Below are positions 1-10,176 of a stretch of 59,479 bases of DNA, piece by piece; the stretch's first letter is position 1; every line of letters begins with the position of its first letter. The translations under genes and the position numbers were made by a program. Source of the stretch: a virus (taxonomy: Duplodnaviria; Caudoviricetes). Below the pieces are notes generated by a model. The model had not been told where the DNA came from. It saw only the letters and a program-made list of their open reading frames with translations, and did not search any database. Location: positions 1 through 59,479 of the IMG/VR virus record IMGVR_UViG_3300036761_004206, one strand, 5' to 3'.

Positions 1-343
1 GGGGACTATGTTATCAGGGATGACATTTGATTCCCACATTGAAAAAAAGATACTTTTGTGTTGTACAATGTTAGTTGCGTTAGGTAACACATCCATTAAC
101 AATTCTATTTCACCAAGCGGTAGTTGAGTAATTAATTGGGGTTTTATTTTAAACTTGCTACTAAGCTTTTCATTTATTTTATTGGCCATGTTCCCAAAGC
201 CTGTTACCGTGTTGTTCCAACAGCGAATATTCAGGAATGGTTGTTTTGTTCTATTTGTTTTACAAAAACGCATAATTTGATTTAGTGTTTTGGTGAAAAT
301 TTATTAATTATTTTGATAACTATGATATAGAAAGGAGATTAAA

Positions 344-1039
344 GTGGGATACGAAGTAATTTACAAATACCACGAAAAGGATGCGAGTGGTAACTACAAC
401 AAAGAAGAAGTGAAGGAATTGAAAAAGAAGGTAGGTAATGCTTATGACGATCTACCTTTAGAGAAACTTGCGTCGGTTATAATGTCACAGCTTGCGCGGC
501 GCGATATTTGGATACTTCCAGATGTTGAGATTTACGAATACAAGAAGACAAAAATTAGTTTCCGTGAAACTAAGGGTGGCATTGTAATAAAAAACAAGAA
601 ATTTGAATTAGACACAGATGCCAATATTATTGTTCATGAATTTACGGAAGGCGCACCCGCGACGAATGGAGCGATGGTGCCAGCGTTGCCTCCCAACAAC
701 AAAATTAATATCGCTGGTCCCACAGGACGCCCCATCAAGTGGGTTGCCCTCGATCCAGGCGATCAAAACCTTGCCAAAGTCAAAGGAAGCGGGCTGGCGT
801 TTTTACCTAACAAGCGTTATCCAGTATTTCAAGAAGTTGCTGACCCGAAGCAATTCGGCAGGATGATTTACACAATGTTGGATGAAAATAAACGGGAAAT
901 TACTACTTTTGATGATTATTTCCTAAATGCTGACCAGAAGTTGGTACAAGGATTTAATTCCACGGTAGATCGTGATTCACAAGCAAAATTGTCATTTGGG
1001 GATTATGAAAAAGACACAATGCCTGATATTAGGAGATAA
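344..1039 (+). CDS. hypothetical protein
   Basis: 231-aa ORF with GTG start and AGGAGA Shine-Dalgarno upstream; no motif recognised. Confidence 0.75.
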   Translation: MGYEVIYKYHEKDASGNYNKEEVKELKKKVGNAYDDLPLEKLASVIMSQLARRDIWILPDVEIYEYKKTKISFRETKGGIVIKNKKFELDTDANIIVHEFTEGAPATNGAMVPALPPNNKINIAGPTGRPIKWVALDPGDQNLAKVKGSGLAFLPNKRYPVFQEVADPKQFGRMIYTMLDENKREITTFDDYFLNADQKLVQGFNSTVDRDSQAKLSFGDYEKDTMPDIRR

Positions 1040-1041
1040 CA

Positions 1042-1404
1042 ATGGGACGTATTGAGAAAAAGTTTCAGAAGAGGAAAGACCGTGAGCGGGCTGTCCGTAA
1101 AAAGATACTGAAAAAGCGTGAAGCTGCTCATGTGCTAACCAAGCAGATCGAAGCACAGGACAAGTTGGAGCGGGAAGTCAACAAGGCTGAGCGCAAAAAA
1201 CAACCGATCCGCAACACCTCTCCAGAGTTAAAAAAAGCTTTGGAAGCGGTGGAAAAAATCACTGACAAAGCTTTTGAGGAGAAAGACCCTGACGTGGATA
1301 GTAGCGATGACCCACAGACAAGGATCAGAGGTAAGTCAAAATTTATTGACAGCACTGAAGTAACTGGTTTTGCGCCAGATACTTGCAACAAATGCAGTAA
1401 ATAA
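1042..1404 (+). CDS. hypothetical basic coiled-coil protein
   Basis: 120-aa ORF with AGGAGA RBS; Lys/Arg-rich N-terminus. Confidence 0.7.
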   Translation: MGRIEKKFQKRKDRERAVRKKILKKREAAHVLTKQIEAQDKLEREVNKAERKKQPIRNTSPELKKALEAVEKITDKAFEEKDPDVDSSDDPQTRIRGKSKFIDSTEVTGFAPDTCNKCSK

Positions 1405-1510
1405 TTTTCAAAAACATTTAAGTTTTATTGACAAGAGTTACGATATCAATTATAACGGGATCACTGTGACGGTGAAACCGACACGACAATTTATTAACTG
1501 AGGAGTTACA

Positions 1511-2542
1511 ATGGTACAAAACTATGATGCACTTGACATGTCTGAAATGTTTGAAGAAGCTGAGCGCTTCAGTGGCGAAGATGATGCCGCTGGCGGTCAG
1601 AACAAAAACTTCCTAGAGAAGTTTGTTATCATGCCTGAAAAAGAGGGTTTCATTGTCGTTAGACTTCTTCCACCTGCTAAGGGCAAGAAGTTCTACTGTG
1701 CAACCCGCACCCACCGTTTAATTAAAGATGAAAAAGATCGTAAGAAGAGTGGCCGAAACTTCCACTGTCCACGCGAGTTAGTAACTGGCAAGGGTGGCAA
1801 GAAGTTTTGGGTAGACACTGATGCAAAAGACCCATGCCCGCATTGTCTTTATACACGCGGTATTTGGGCTGAAGTAGAAGCGGCTGGTAAGGAAAGTGCA
1901 GAAGGTAAGTTGTTTCATGCGGAATACAGTAGAATCAAGGCTATTGAGCGATACTACTACAACGCAATGGTTCGTTCTTATGATAAGAAGGGCAACCTTG
2001 AGAAGAGTGAAGGGCCGAAGATTTTATCTATCGGCAAGACGCTCCACGAAAGAATTGTCCGAGCAATTGTAGGTGATCCAAAGGCTGGCGAGAAGGGTCT
2101 TGGTGATGTATGCGACTTGGTAACAGGTCGTGACTTCAAGATCGTTAAGAAGCTACGTCCAGTTGGCAACTTCCCATACTACGACGAGTCTAAATTCCTT
2201 GATCCTTCACCGCTAGGTGACAAGGAACAGATTGAGACATGGATGGGTAGCCTCCATGATCTAGCCGCTCTCCGCGTTGTGAAGCCAACATCCGAAATGG
2301 ATATCGCGCTTCAGAAGTACACTGGCGCACTACCAGACGACGATACCACGTTCGATATGAGCAAGTATCGCAGGAAGCCAGAAGCTGCGAATCTTGACGC
2401 ACAGGTTGCGGTTGAGAAAGCCAAGCCAGCAGCTAAGGCTGCACCAAAGGCTGTGGTTTCAGCACCAGCAACTCCTGATGACGCTTTGGCCGAACAGGAT
2501 TTCTTGGACGGCATTGACAATGAAATGAACAAGGTTGAATAA
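1511..2542 (+). CDS. T4 gp32-like single-stranded DNA-binding protein
   Basis: VRLLP, H..CP..DPCPHC zinc ligands, RYYYNAMVR, GRDFKIVK, acidic C-terminal tail; strong GAGGAG RBS; lies next to recA/uvsX. Confidence 0.85.
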   Translation: MVQNYDALDMSEMFEEAERFSGEDDAAGGQNKNFLEKFVIMPEKEGFIVVRLLPPAKGKKFYCATRTHRLIKDEKDRKKSGRNFHCPRELVTGKGGKKFWVDTDAKDPCPHCLYTRGIWAEVEAAGKESAEGKLFHAEYSRIKAIERYYYNAMVRSYDKKGNLEKSEGPKILSIGKTLHERIVRAIVGDPKAGEKGLGDVCDLVTGRDFKIVKKLRPVGNFPYYDESKFLDPSPLGDKEQIETWMGSLHDLAALRVVKPTSEMDIALQKYTGALPDDDTTFDMSKYRRKPEAANLDAQVAVEKAKPAAKAAPKAVVSAPATPDDALAEQDFLDGIDNEMNKVE

Positions 2543-2549
2543 CATTGGA

Positions 2550-2592
2550 AATGTCCCCGTAATTCATCAGAATTACGGGGACATTATTTTTA
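2550..2592 (+). terminator. intrinsic terminator
   Basis: 16-bp perfect stem AATGTCCCCGTAATTC/GAATTACGGGGACATT, 4-nt loop, T-rich tail after SSB gene. Confidence 0.75.
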
Positions 2593-2652
2593 ACATTTTA
2601 TAAACTTTGAGGGCAAATGAAAAACCATTGGTTAAACAAAAAGGATACTATT

Positions 2653-3807
2653 ATGGCAAAAAAGAAGAATGACGATATTTTTAATTTCCTTGCGAAAGCC
2701 ACTAAAGCAGAGGTGCTAAGTAATACAACTCCAGTGAAATACTTTATTGACACAGGTAATTTAGCGTTTAATTGGACTTGCAGTGGCAGGTTTATGGGTG
2801 GTGGTATCCCAGGTGGTCGTATAACGGAAATGTATGGTGCAGAAGGCTCTGGAAAGACATACTGGGGTTGTAACATTGTAAGGGGTTGTCAAGCCATTGG
2901 CGGCATTCCAGTCTATCTTGACTGCGAAAACTCTTTAAATAATGAGTGGATTGTTAAAACAAGTCACATCGACCTTGATAAAGTTCTCGTTTTCGATCCT
3001 TCGACGGGTGTAGACTCTTTAGAAGGTTGTTTTGATAAGATTTACTCCACGATTAGAAATCTTCGTGAGAAAGACGCCGAAACGCCATTAGTTTTTGTGT
3101 ACGATAGTTTATCCGCTTCTCCAAGTAATGACGAATTGGCGGAAACGCAAAAGGACTGGAATCCAGACAAGAAGGATCAGCCAGGCGTGCGAGCAAGAAT
3201 TTGTAGCAAGGAATTTAGAAAGCTAAACACCTTGTTAGAAAAGACTAATTGCACATTATGTATTCTTAATCAAACAAGACTCAAGATTGGGGTTATGTAC
3301 GGTAATCCAATCATATCTGGTGGCGGTGGCGAATCTCTAAAGTTCTATGCCAGTTTGAGAGTATGCACTTCTGTCCAGAAGAAGATTGAGAATAAGAAAT
3401 TAAAAACAGCAATGGGTATAAATTTGAAAGTAAGGAATGTTAAAAACCGTTGTACCGCTCCATTCCTTGAAGCAGAAGGCGTTCAACTTTTCTGGAAAGA
3501 TGGAGTTAATCCATTAAGCGGTCTTCTAACAGCTTTGATTCAATCTGGTCGTATTGAAACTTGTGGTGCAGGAACCTATCAGGTTTTAGAACCTTGGGCT
3601 GGTGGCGCTGAAATTAAATTCAGAGCTTCCAAGGCACGCAATGATATAGATGCCGACACTCTTTACAAATGTCCTGCTTTAGTTGATGCTAAAGACGAAC
3701 AGGAGTTAAGAGATTACATTTCAATTTTTGGCTCTGCTATTGGCCAAAGCGCGAATGAAGAGAACGAAGAGATTGAAGCAAAAGATGAAGCGGACGATTA
3801 CGCATAA
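2653..3807 (+). CDS. recA: RecA/UvsX recombinase
   Basis: GGIPGGRITEMYGAEGSGKT Walker A, YLDCEN, VYDSL, NQTR, GGGESLKFYASLR, KNR motifs; start placed at MAKKK (2653) after AAGGA. Confidence 0.95.
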   Translation: MAKKKNDDIFNFLAKATKAEVLSNTTPVKYFIDTGNLAFNWTCSGRFMGGGIPGGRITEMYGAEGSGKTYWGCNIVRGCQAIGGIPVYLDCENSLNNEWIVKTSHIDLDKVLVFDPSTGVDSLEGCFDKIYSTIRNLREKDAETPLVFVYDSLSASPSNDELAETQKDWNPDKKDQPGVRARICSKEFRKLNTLLEKTNCTLCILNQTRLKIGVMYGNPIISGGGGESLKFYASLRVCTSVQKKIENKKLKTAMGINLKVRNVKNRCTAPFLEAEGVQLFWKDGVNPLSGLLTALIQSGRIETCGAGTYQVLEPWAGGAEIKFRASKARNDIDADTLYKCPALVDAKDEQELRDYISIFGSAIGQSANEENEEIEAKDEADDYA

Positions 3808-3832
3808 GTAAGTGAATGGGCGAATGATTACA

Positions 3833-3864
3833 AAGAAAGACCAGTTAATTAACTGGTCTTTCTT
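3833..3864. terminator. bidirectional terminator (perfect 32-bp palindrome)
   Basis: AAGAAAGACCAGTTAATTAACTGGTCTTTCTT between convergent genes. Confidence 0.75.
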
Positions 3865-3883
3865 ATTTTTAAGTGTCTAGATT

Positions 3884-4351
3884 TCATGCATTATTTAGCT
3901 TAGTTAACTTATATTCCCCGCCGCCAATTTTAACAAATAGATGACCTTCTAGCTCCATTTTCTCTCTGGTTAACTTGAAGTGTGTGCAGAGACAAGCACT
4001 GGTTAATCCTTTGAATTTTTTGGTCAATTCTTTTAGTGTTACCGTGTGTCCTAATACTAGCTTGCCATGAATATAGGTTTGTATTTTCTTGGCTCTGGAC
4101 AAGATTTTACGACGTGTTATTTTAGGACATAGTTTTAGTTCCAATATTTTATAATCAACTTTTTGTGATTTCTTCTCGCAAAGGGCAGGCGCTAGTTCTT
4201 CCAGTTCTAGGACTTCTGCTTCGCTGGGAATTTGGACTTTTGAGATTTCTGCATTGAAGGTTTTCGAAAATTCGATGAGTTGTGGGAAATTCTTCTCATG
4301 AGTGAAGAATGTTTTGCGGTCCTTTGTTTCGATCATTAAGCATTGTTTCAT
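3884..4351 (-). CDS. hypothetical protein (possible C-terminal winged helix)
   Basis: ORF, likely start MKQCLMIE; C-terminal TLKELTKKF...KIGGGEYKL resembles wHTH (weak). Confidence 0.65.
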   Translation of the reverse strand: MKQCLMIETKDRKTFFTHEKNFPQLIEFSKTFNAEISKVQIPSEAEVLELEELAPALCEKKSQKVDYKILELKLCPKITRRKILSRAKKIQTYIHGKLVLGHTVTLKELTKKFKGLTSACLCTHFKLTREKMELEGHLFVKIGGGEYKLTKLNNA

Positions 4352-4414
4352 AATATTTCCTACTTGAAACTTAATTACTATATAAGATTTGGGCATATAA
4401 GTCAATATCTCTTT

Positions 4415-5398
4415 ATGATGAAATTTTTGTATTGTCGTCCGATTGGAATAGAGCTTGAGGTTAATTCATTTGATGGCGTAAACATGACTCCAAGGGACAT
4501 GTTGCCAAATGGTATTCATTATGTGGCAAATCTTGTGTCTGAAACGCTTGGCGAATATGTAGAAGTAAGGGATTGGGGGCATACACATTGGCATAAAACC
4601 TATGGTTATTGGGTGTTAAAACCCGACAACAGTTGTGGCATAGAGATTTGTTCTCCCATTATACAGGGCTGGCACGGTCTGAGAAAGGTTTGCCAGGTGA
4701 TTGATGTTTTTCAAAATCACACGCTCATATCCGCCAATCAGGATTGTTCATTTCATCTGCATATAGATGTTAATGATCTGATGGAAGAAGAAATAGGTAA
4801 TGTTTTACGGTGGTGGATAAAATGTGAACCAGTATTTTTTGATAGTGTCCCTGATAGACGAAAGAATAATCGTTTCTGTCAGTTCATAGGGTTTTGGGAC
4901 TGGTTGGATGATACTGTCCCTATAAGTACAATCAAATTAATTGAAGGGTTAGGTATTTCTAAGTATAATAGTATCAACACTTTCCATTTATGTGCTGGGG
5001 AGAGAAACACTATTGAGTTTAGAATTGGCGAACATACGTTGTGTAAAAATTCGTTTTTTGCTAAAAATTGGACTAGGCTTTTAATTCACTTTTTAGAAAC
5101 AGCTAAACAGCGACCGCCAGATAATTTGGCTTGGCTGGATGTTAAGGATGTTTTTGAATTTTTGGGTTTTTTACGGGGTGATCTTTCCCCAGGAATGTTA
5201 CAGATAAGAAATTGGTTTTTGGGAAGACTGCATTACAATGTTATTAGCTGTGATGATGGATTTTTTAAAGAAGCGAGAACGATAACTAATAAACAGATTG
5301 GAGAGTTACTTACTTTGGTTCCAGACTTTAACTTAAAGCAGTCTTTATATCCAACATCTTACAAAGACGCCATATACGACAAAATTTATTCTATGTGA
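4415..5398 (+). CDS. putative amidoligase (glutamine-synthetase-like COOH-NH2 ligase, Amidoligase_2-like)
   Basis: GIELE, W.LKPDNS, EICSP, CSFHLHI and TIEFR motifs. Confidence 0.8.
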   Translation: MMKFLYCRPIGIELEVNSFDGVNMTPRDMLPNGIHYVANLVSETLGEYVEVRDWGHTHWHKTYGYWVLKPDNSCGIEICSPIIQGWHGLRKVCQVIDVFQNHTLISANQDCSFHLHIDVNDLMEEEIGNVLRWWIKCEPVFFDSVPDRRKNNRFCQFIGFWDWLDDTVPISTIKLIEGLGISKYNSINTFHLCAGERNTIEFRIGEHTLCKNSFFAKNWTRLLIHFLETAKQRPPDNLAWLDVKDVFEFLGFLRGDLSPGMLQIRNWFLGRLHYNVISCDDGFFKEARTITNKQIGELLTLVPDFNLKQSLYPTSYKDAIYDKIYSM

Positions 5399-5421
5399 GT
5401 AAATAATTAAAGAGGCAAATT

Positions 5422-5895
5422 ATGTTGTTCCCAATTAAGTGTTTTGATGAAGTGGTAAAGGAAATGAAGTCTTTTGGCTTGTTCCTGATGCCATATAGTG
5501 TGCCACAGGTGAGTCCAGAAGATGACGGTGATATTAAGTGTTTAAAAAGTAAGGAAGTGATCGTAGATGGATATACAGTAGTTGTTTATTATAGCAAAAA
5601 TGATTGGCCAACACACCAGATGGAGGTATTGCAGATTATTGCAAAGTATGCTCCATTTTTACCTTTTTCATTAGTGTGTAAGATTGGTAAAAAATTCCTT
5701 GGTGACAAGCACTTATCATATGTTGATTTCCTGAAAGATGATAGGAAGACTTATTGCTGGACGGTTGCTTCTGACAAAACTAATAATCCGATTCCAGCAC
5801 CATATAAGAAAGAATCTTTATCGGACGATTGTGTATATGAAGGATTGTGTTATAAATGTTTAAATCCTTCTCAAACTTCTGACAAAAAAGTTTAA
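5422..5895 (+). CDS. hypothetical protein
   Basis: 157-aa ORF with GAGG RBS. Confidence 0.7.
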   Translation: MLFPIKCFDEVVKEMKSFGLFLMPYSVPQVSPEDDGDIKCLKSKEVIVDGYTVVVYYSKNDWPTHQMEVLQIIAKYAPFLPFSLVCKIGKKFLGDKHLSYVDFLKDDRKTYCWTVASDKTNNPIPAPYKKESLSDDCVYEGLCYKCLNPSQTSDKKV

Positions 5896-5957
5896 TTACA
5901 TAACTTATTAAAACTATATACCTGGCACGGTTTTCATATCTTATGTGAGGAATAGTC

Positions 5958-6257
5958 ATGTTGAACAACAAAATCCAGGCGTTATTAATCGGCCACTTAC
6001 AGAAGCATGGAATGCTAAGATTACTTCTGCCTGACGGTATCGTTCTTGAAATTGGCACTAATCAGGTCGGCAATGATGGTAAATTGGTCAACGCAGAAGA
6101 TTATTGCTGGATTATTGCGACGAAAGAGGATAAGATAGCTGTTCTAGACTCCTATAATCTAGGACTTCGTTTTAATGACAATCCGAAATCTTTGATTTTT
6201 GAGGAAACTGTCATTAATGACGAAGGTGAAAAGGTAAGAAAGCTAGACGTGGTGTAA
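5958..6257 (+). CDS. hypothetical protein
   Basis: 99-aa ORF with GAGGA RBS. Confidence 0.7.
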   Translation: MLNNKIQALLIGHLQKHGMLRLLLPDGIVLEIGTNQVGNDGKLVNAEDYCWIIATKEDKIAVLDSYNLGLRFNDNPKSLIFEETVINDEGEKVRKLDVV

Positions 6258-6352
6258 ATAATTTGGTATGCTACGTTCATGTTTGAAATGGAATACTGAA
6301 GTCGGGTGACTTTCGTAATAGAGTTTTATTGTTTTTGCAATGAGGTTATCTC

Positions 6353-6616
6353 ATGAAAAAGATTGACACTGTAATTAAAGAGTATGTTGTCAAGCTGCCG
6401 TATGACAGCTTGAAATATTTGTTTGACAGGTTTGATGAGCGTATTGGCCCTGATTTGGCCGAAACTATTGAATTCCTTTCCAAGAATCCCGACGTAGATA
6501 AATTCTTTGCTGCCGCAAAGAATGGGGATGAATTTTGGGCATCGGTCGATTTGGTAGCGAGTTTTGTTGAGAAAGAAATTATGCGTAGGACTCCAGATTT
6601 GGTGTCCCATGCTTAA
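6353..6616 (+). CDS. hypothetical protein
   Basis: 87-aa ORF with GAGG RBS. Confidence 0.7.
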   Translation: MKKIDTVIKEYVVKLPYDSLKYLFDRFDERIGPDLAETIEFLSKNPDVDKFFAAAKNGDEFWASVDLVASFVEKEIMRRTPDLVSHA

Positions 6617-7025
6617 TACAAAAGGTTCGGAAACGTTTGAAGTTAAGTTTGCTATTGGTAGCCGAGAGGGGTATCATGGCCCCTCTTTTACCAAAGAGCA
6701 GGTGATGAATGCGATTGGTGCATTTCAGAAAACACACCCACTGGCTCAGCCAGTAAAAGTAACTGACCATGTTACTTTTGTAATGAAAGATTATCGTGAG
6801 GATGGTTGGGACATATCGGGGATTTGTTACCCCAACAGCCCAAACAATCCAGAACAAGTAAGAGAGTTTATGTTCGCATTAGCCGAACACCTTCTTAACA
6901 CTTTCAAACAGAACCGTATTACAGTCAGAACGTTCCCTTCATGGGTGCCTTCTAGTGAGTGTCCTGGGTTCCCCAGCACGGATATGTTTGAAATAGAAGA
7001 TGCGGAAAAAACTCACACGAAATAA
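6609..7025 (+). CDS. hypothetical protein
   Basis: ORF with likely start MLNTKGSE overlapping the upstream stop (coupled). Confidence 0.65.
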   Translation: MLNTKGSETFEVKFAIGSREGYHGPSFTKEQVMNAIGAFQKTHPLAQPVKVTDHVTFVMKDYREDGWDISGICYPNSPNNPEQVREFMFALAEHLLNTFKQNRITVRTFPSWVPSSECPGFPSTDMFEIEDAEKTHTK

Positions 7026-7041
7026 TCCCGTCTGAGGGCTT

Positions 7042-7085
7042 GCAGGACTCCAGGGTATTAGTTACGCTGGAGTCCTGCTTGTTTA
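7042..7085 (+). terminator. stem-loop / probable terminator
   Basis: 12-bp stem GCAGGACTCCAG/CTGGAGTCCTGC followed by TTGTTT. Confidence 0.55.
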
Positions 7086-7095
7086 AGGAGTTACT

Positions 7096-10000
7096 ATGCC
7101 TCCAGTTGTTAAAGTTGGTGATCGTGGCGAGCTAATACAAACATCCACGTTTCCATATGCTAATTGGTCATTTCAACAATTCAATCCAGTCCAGAGTCGT
7201 GTTATCGACTTTTACGACAAAGATAACAACCTAATTGTTGCCACCGCTACTTCTTCTGGTAAAGCACAATCTGATGATTCTTTAGTTTTGACACCATTTG
7301 GATATAGGAAGATATGTGAGCTTGTTGTAGGCGATTTGGTGATTGATAAAGACGGCAAACAATGTCCTGTCGATGGCATTTATCCTCAAGGCGTGATACC
7401 AACGTATAAGATTTCATTTAAAGACAAAACACATGCCCTGTGTAGTCTAGATCACTTATGGTTAGTCAGAACCAGAACTGACAAATATCGAAATAAAGAT
7501 TATGTGGTAAAAAATACTGCTGAGTTAATGAATGGTTTCAAGCCTAAATCTTGGGAAGTGCCATTAAATGGACCGATAGAGTTCGAAGTCACAAAAGTTA
7601 AATTAGGAATCGCTCCTTATTTACTTGGGTTTTTGATGGGCGATGGTGGCATTAAATATGGTTCAAAATTCACAAGCAGCGATGAATTTTGCGTAAATAA
7701 GGTTAAAGAGCTTTTGCCGAAAGAGTGCCGCGTTGAATATGTTGGCACATATGAAAGAAAATATGAATACAATATTATTGGGGAAAAAGATGGATACAAT
7801 CCCGTGACTACTGAGTTAAGGTTGATGGGAGTGTTTGGATTAGGCAGTTCTGAGAAATTTATACCTGAAATATACAAATATGCTTCTGTCAATGATAGAA
7901 TAGAACTCTTGCGCGGACTTATGGATTCTGATGGTTGCAAAATAGTTAAAGGAAGCCCGACTTTTGAAGTAACATCAAAATTGCTAGCACATGATGTTGT
8001 GTTCTTAATAAGGTCACTTGGGGGATGTACTAGGGTTAGAAAAAAACCTCATAATCATTATACTTATAAAGGCGAAAAACGAGAAGGGAAAGTAGTATAC
8101 AGAGTAACAGTTTTTCTTCCCGCAATATGTCCTTTTTATTTAGAACATAAAAAGGTTGTTTGGGAAGCAATGATTGCTAAAAGAAGGCGGCATATTCTAA
8201 AAACCATTGAATCAATAGAATATGTTGGGGAAATGCCATGCAGGTGCATATCGGTTAATAGTCCAAGCAATACCTACATAACCGATGACTTTATAGTTAC
8301 CCACAATACCGTCGTGGCAGAAATGGCATTATCCTATGAGATTAGGAAGCGTGGTGGTAAGGGCTTATACTTGGTCCCGCTCCGAGCTTTAGCACAAGAG
8401 AAAATAGATGAATGGACAGATTCAGACCATCATTTTCATGGTTTGAAAATATCAATTTGCACTGGAGACTATCGCCTAACAGCAGAACGTAAAGCAGAAT
8501 TAGACGCAGCAGACCTTATTATCATGAGTTATGAAATGTTTAATTCCCGCGTTCGTAACTTAGGTTCCGAGCGTAGCGAATTCTTAAAGAAAGTTGGTAC
8601 GTTGGTCGCTGATGAAGTTCATCTGTTGACCGTTCCTAAGCGTGGCGACCACCTTGAAGCTGGCTTAATGCGTTTCAGCGAAATCAATAAAGCTTGCCGC
8701 ATGGTATTTCTATCTGCTACCATGCCGAACGTAGATGAAATTGCTAATTGGGTTAGTTTCATCTTAAACAGCAAAGATACAGTTCTGTTATCATCTACCT
8801 TCCGACCATGCCCACTTAATCTCCATTATGAGAAGTATTGGGATGGTGAATATACCTACGATGATAACGAACAGCAAAAAGTGAATATGGCACTCCAGAT
8901 TGTGGAGTATTATCCAGATGATAAGTTTCTGGTTTTTGCTCACACGAAGAAGACTGGCCATCTGATGAAAACAGCTTTAACTAACATCGGTGTGAAATGT
9001 GAATTTCACAATGCCGACTTGGATAAAGCCACTCGTAATAAATTGGAGAAACTGTTTAAGACGGATAAAGACTTCCGTGTTATTGTGGCCACAAGCACGT
9101 TGGCATGGGGCTTAAACCTTCCTGCGCGACGTGTAATTATCATGGGTGTTCATAGGGGTTTAGATGAAGTGGCCACTTATGACATTATGCAGATGGTTGG
9201 TCGTGCTGGCCGACCGCTTTATGATCCTGTTGGCGATGCTTATGTTCTTTTGCCAGAACGTACTTATGATCTTCATAAGGAACGCATCAGGAAGCCGCAA
9301 ATGATTTTGTCTCAGATGCTTGACCAGGAAGGCGGGCATCATAAAGTGTTGGCGTTCCATCTTGTTAGTGAAATTCATCAGGAAACAATTAAGACCAAAG
9401 AAGATATTCATGATTGGTACAACAGAAGTCTAGCACACTTCCAAGCTAATGAATTAGATGATACGACGGTTGATAGCACTATTGATTTGTTAAAGAAGTG
9501 CAGTGCAGTTTGGGAAGAGGATGGTGTTTATACTGCTACTTCTCTTGGCAAGATTTCTAGTTTGTTTTATTACTCTCCGTTTGATGTAGCGGATTTAGCC
9601 AAGAATTTTGAAATCATGTTCGATAATCATAAAGAAGAAGATGATTTACAGCTTGCTATGGCGTTGGGCAACATTGACACTTACCGTTGGGGAATTGTTA
9701 GCAAGGCTGAACGGGCAGATATGGGTATGTTTCTAGCCAAGGTTAATGCCCAATTCGGGCAGAACGTGATTAGGGAGCCAGCAATTAAGGCGGCTTATGT
9801 TTACCACCAGTTATTGACGGGTGTGCCGAACCCCGTTTTTGCATCTATGAGCAGGGCATTACAATTCGATTTCCCAAGATTAAATCAAGTGTTACAAGCA
9901 ATTGATGGGTTCAAGAGCAAGTGGAATAGACAGAAGTGGTTCCGCGAGCTTCAATTGAGAATGAATTATGGTGTTAAGGGTCCGCTTCTATTCCTGTGTC

Positions 10001-10176
10001 AGCTTCCAAATATTGGCAAGGTTAGAGCCAACAAAATGTATAAGGCTGGCATTAAAGACTTACATGATGTAGTCAATAATCCAGATATTTTAAGGAAGAG
10101 TACAGGATTAAAGAAGGATAAGATTGAAGAAATTTTAGCCGAAGCCAAGAAATTAATTCTTACTTCGCCGCTTTGA
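7096..10176 (+). CDS. Ski2-like (Hel308/Hjm-type) SF2 helicase, intein-containing
   Basis: FNPVQ Q-motif, TSSGK|T Walker A split by intein, PLRALAQE, DEVH, SAT, TSTLAWGLNLP, QMVGRAGR, C-terminal HhH LPNIGKVRA. Confidence 0.92.
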   Translation: MPPVVKVGDRGELIQTSTFPYANWSFQQFNPVQSRVIDFYDKDNNLIVATATSSGKAQSDDSLVLTPFGYRKICELVVGDLVIDKDGKQCPVDGIYPQGVIPTYKISFKDKTHALCSLDHLWLVRTRTDKYRNKDYVVKNTAELMNGFKPKSWEVPLNGPIEFEVTKVKLGIAPYLLGFLMGDGGIKYGSKFTSSDEFCVNKVKELLPKECRVEYVGTYERKYEYNIIGEKDGYNPVTTELRLMGVFGLGSSEKFIPEIYKYASVNDRIELLRGLMDSDGCKIVKGSPTFEVTSKLLAHDVVFLIRSLGGCTRVRKKPHNHYTYKGEKREGKVVYRVTVFLPAICPFYLEHKKVVWEAMIAKRRRHILKTIESIEYVGEMPCRCISVNSPSNTYITDDFIVTHNTVVAEMALSYEIRKRGGKGLYLVPLRALAQEKIDEWTDSDHHFHGLKISICTGDYRLTAERKAELDAADLIIMSYEMFNSRVRNLGSERSEFLKKVGTLVADEVHLLTVPKRGDHLEAGLMRFSEINKACRMVFLSATMPNVDEIANWVSFILNSKDTVLLSSTFRPCPLNLHYEKYWDGEYTYDDNEQQKVNMALQIVEYYPDDKFLVFAHTKKTGHLMKTALTNIGVKCEFHNADLDKATRNKLEKLFKTDKDFRVIVATSTLAWGLNLPARRVIIMGVHRGLDEVATYDIMQMVGRAGRPLYDPVGDAYVLLPERTYDLHKERIRKPQMILSQMLDQEGGHHKVLAFHLVSEIHQETIKTKEDIHDWYNRSLAHFQANELDDTTVDSTIDLLKKCSAVWEEDGVYTATSLGKISSLFYYSPFDVADLAKNFEIMFDNHKEEDDLQLAMALGNIDTYRWGIVSKAERADMGMFLAKVNAQFGQNVIREPAIKAAYVYHQLLTGVPNPVFASMSRALQFDFPRLNQVLQAIDGFKSKWNRQKWFRELQLRMNYGVKGPLLFLCQLPNIGKVRANKMYKAGIKDLHDVVNNPDILRKSTGLKKDKIEEILAEAKKLILTSPL
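7264..8307 (+). mobile_element. class 3 (Ala-start) intein with LAGLIDADG endonuclease
   Basis: Begins AQSDDSLVLTP, ends IVTHN before Thr; WCT signature (DHLW, CRCISV, VTHN); LLGFLMGDGG and LLRGLMDSDG motifs. Confidence 0.9.
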
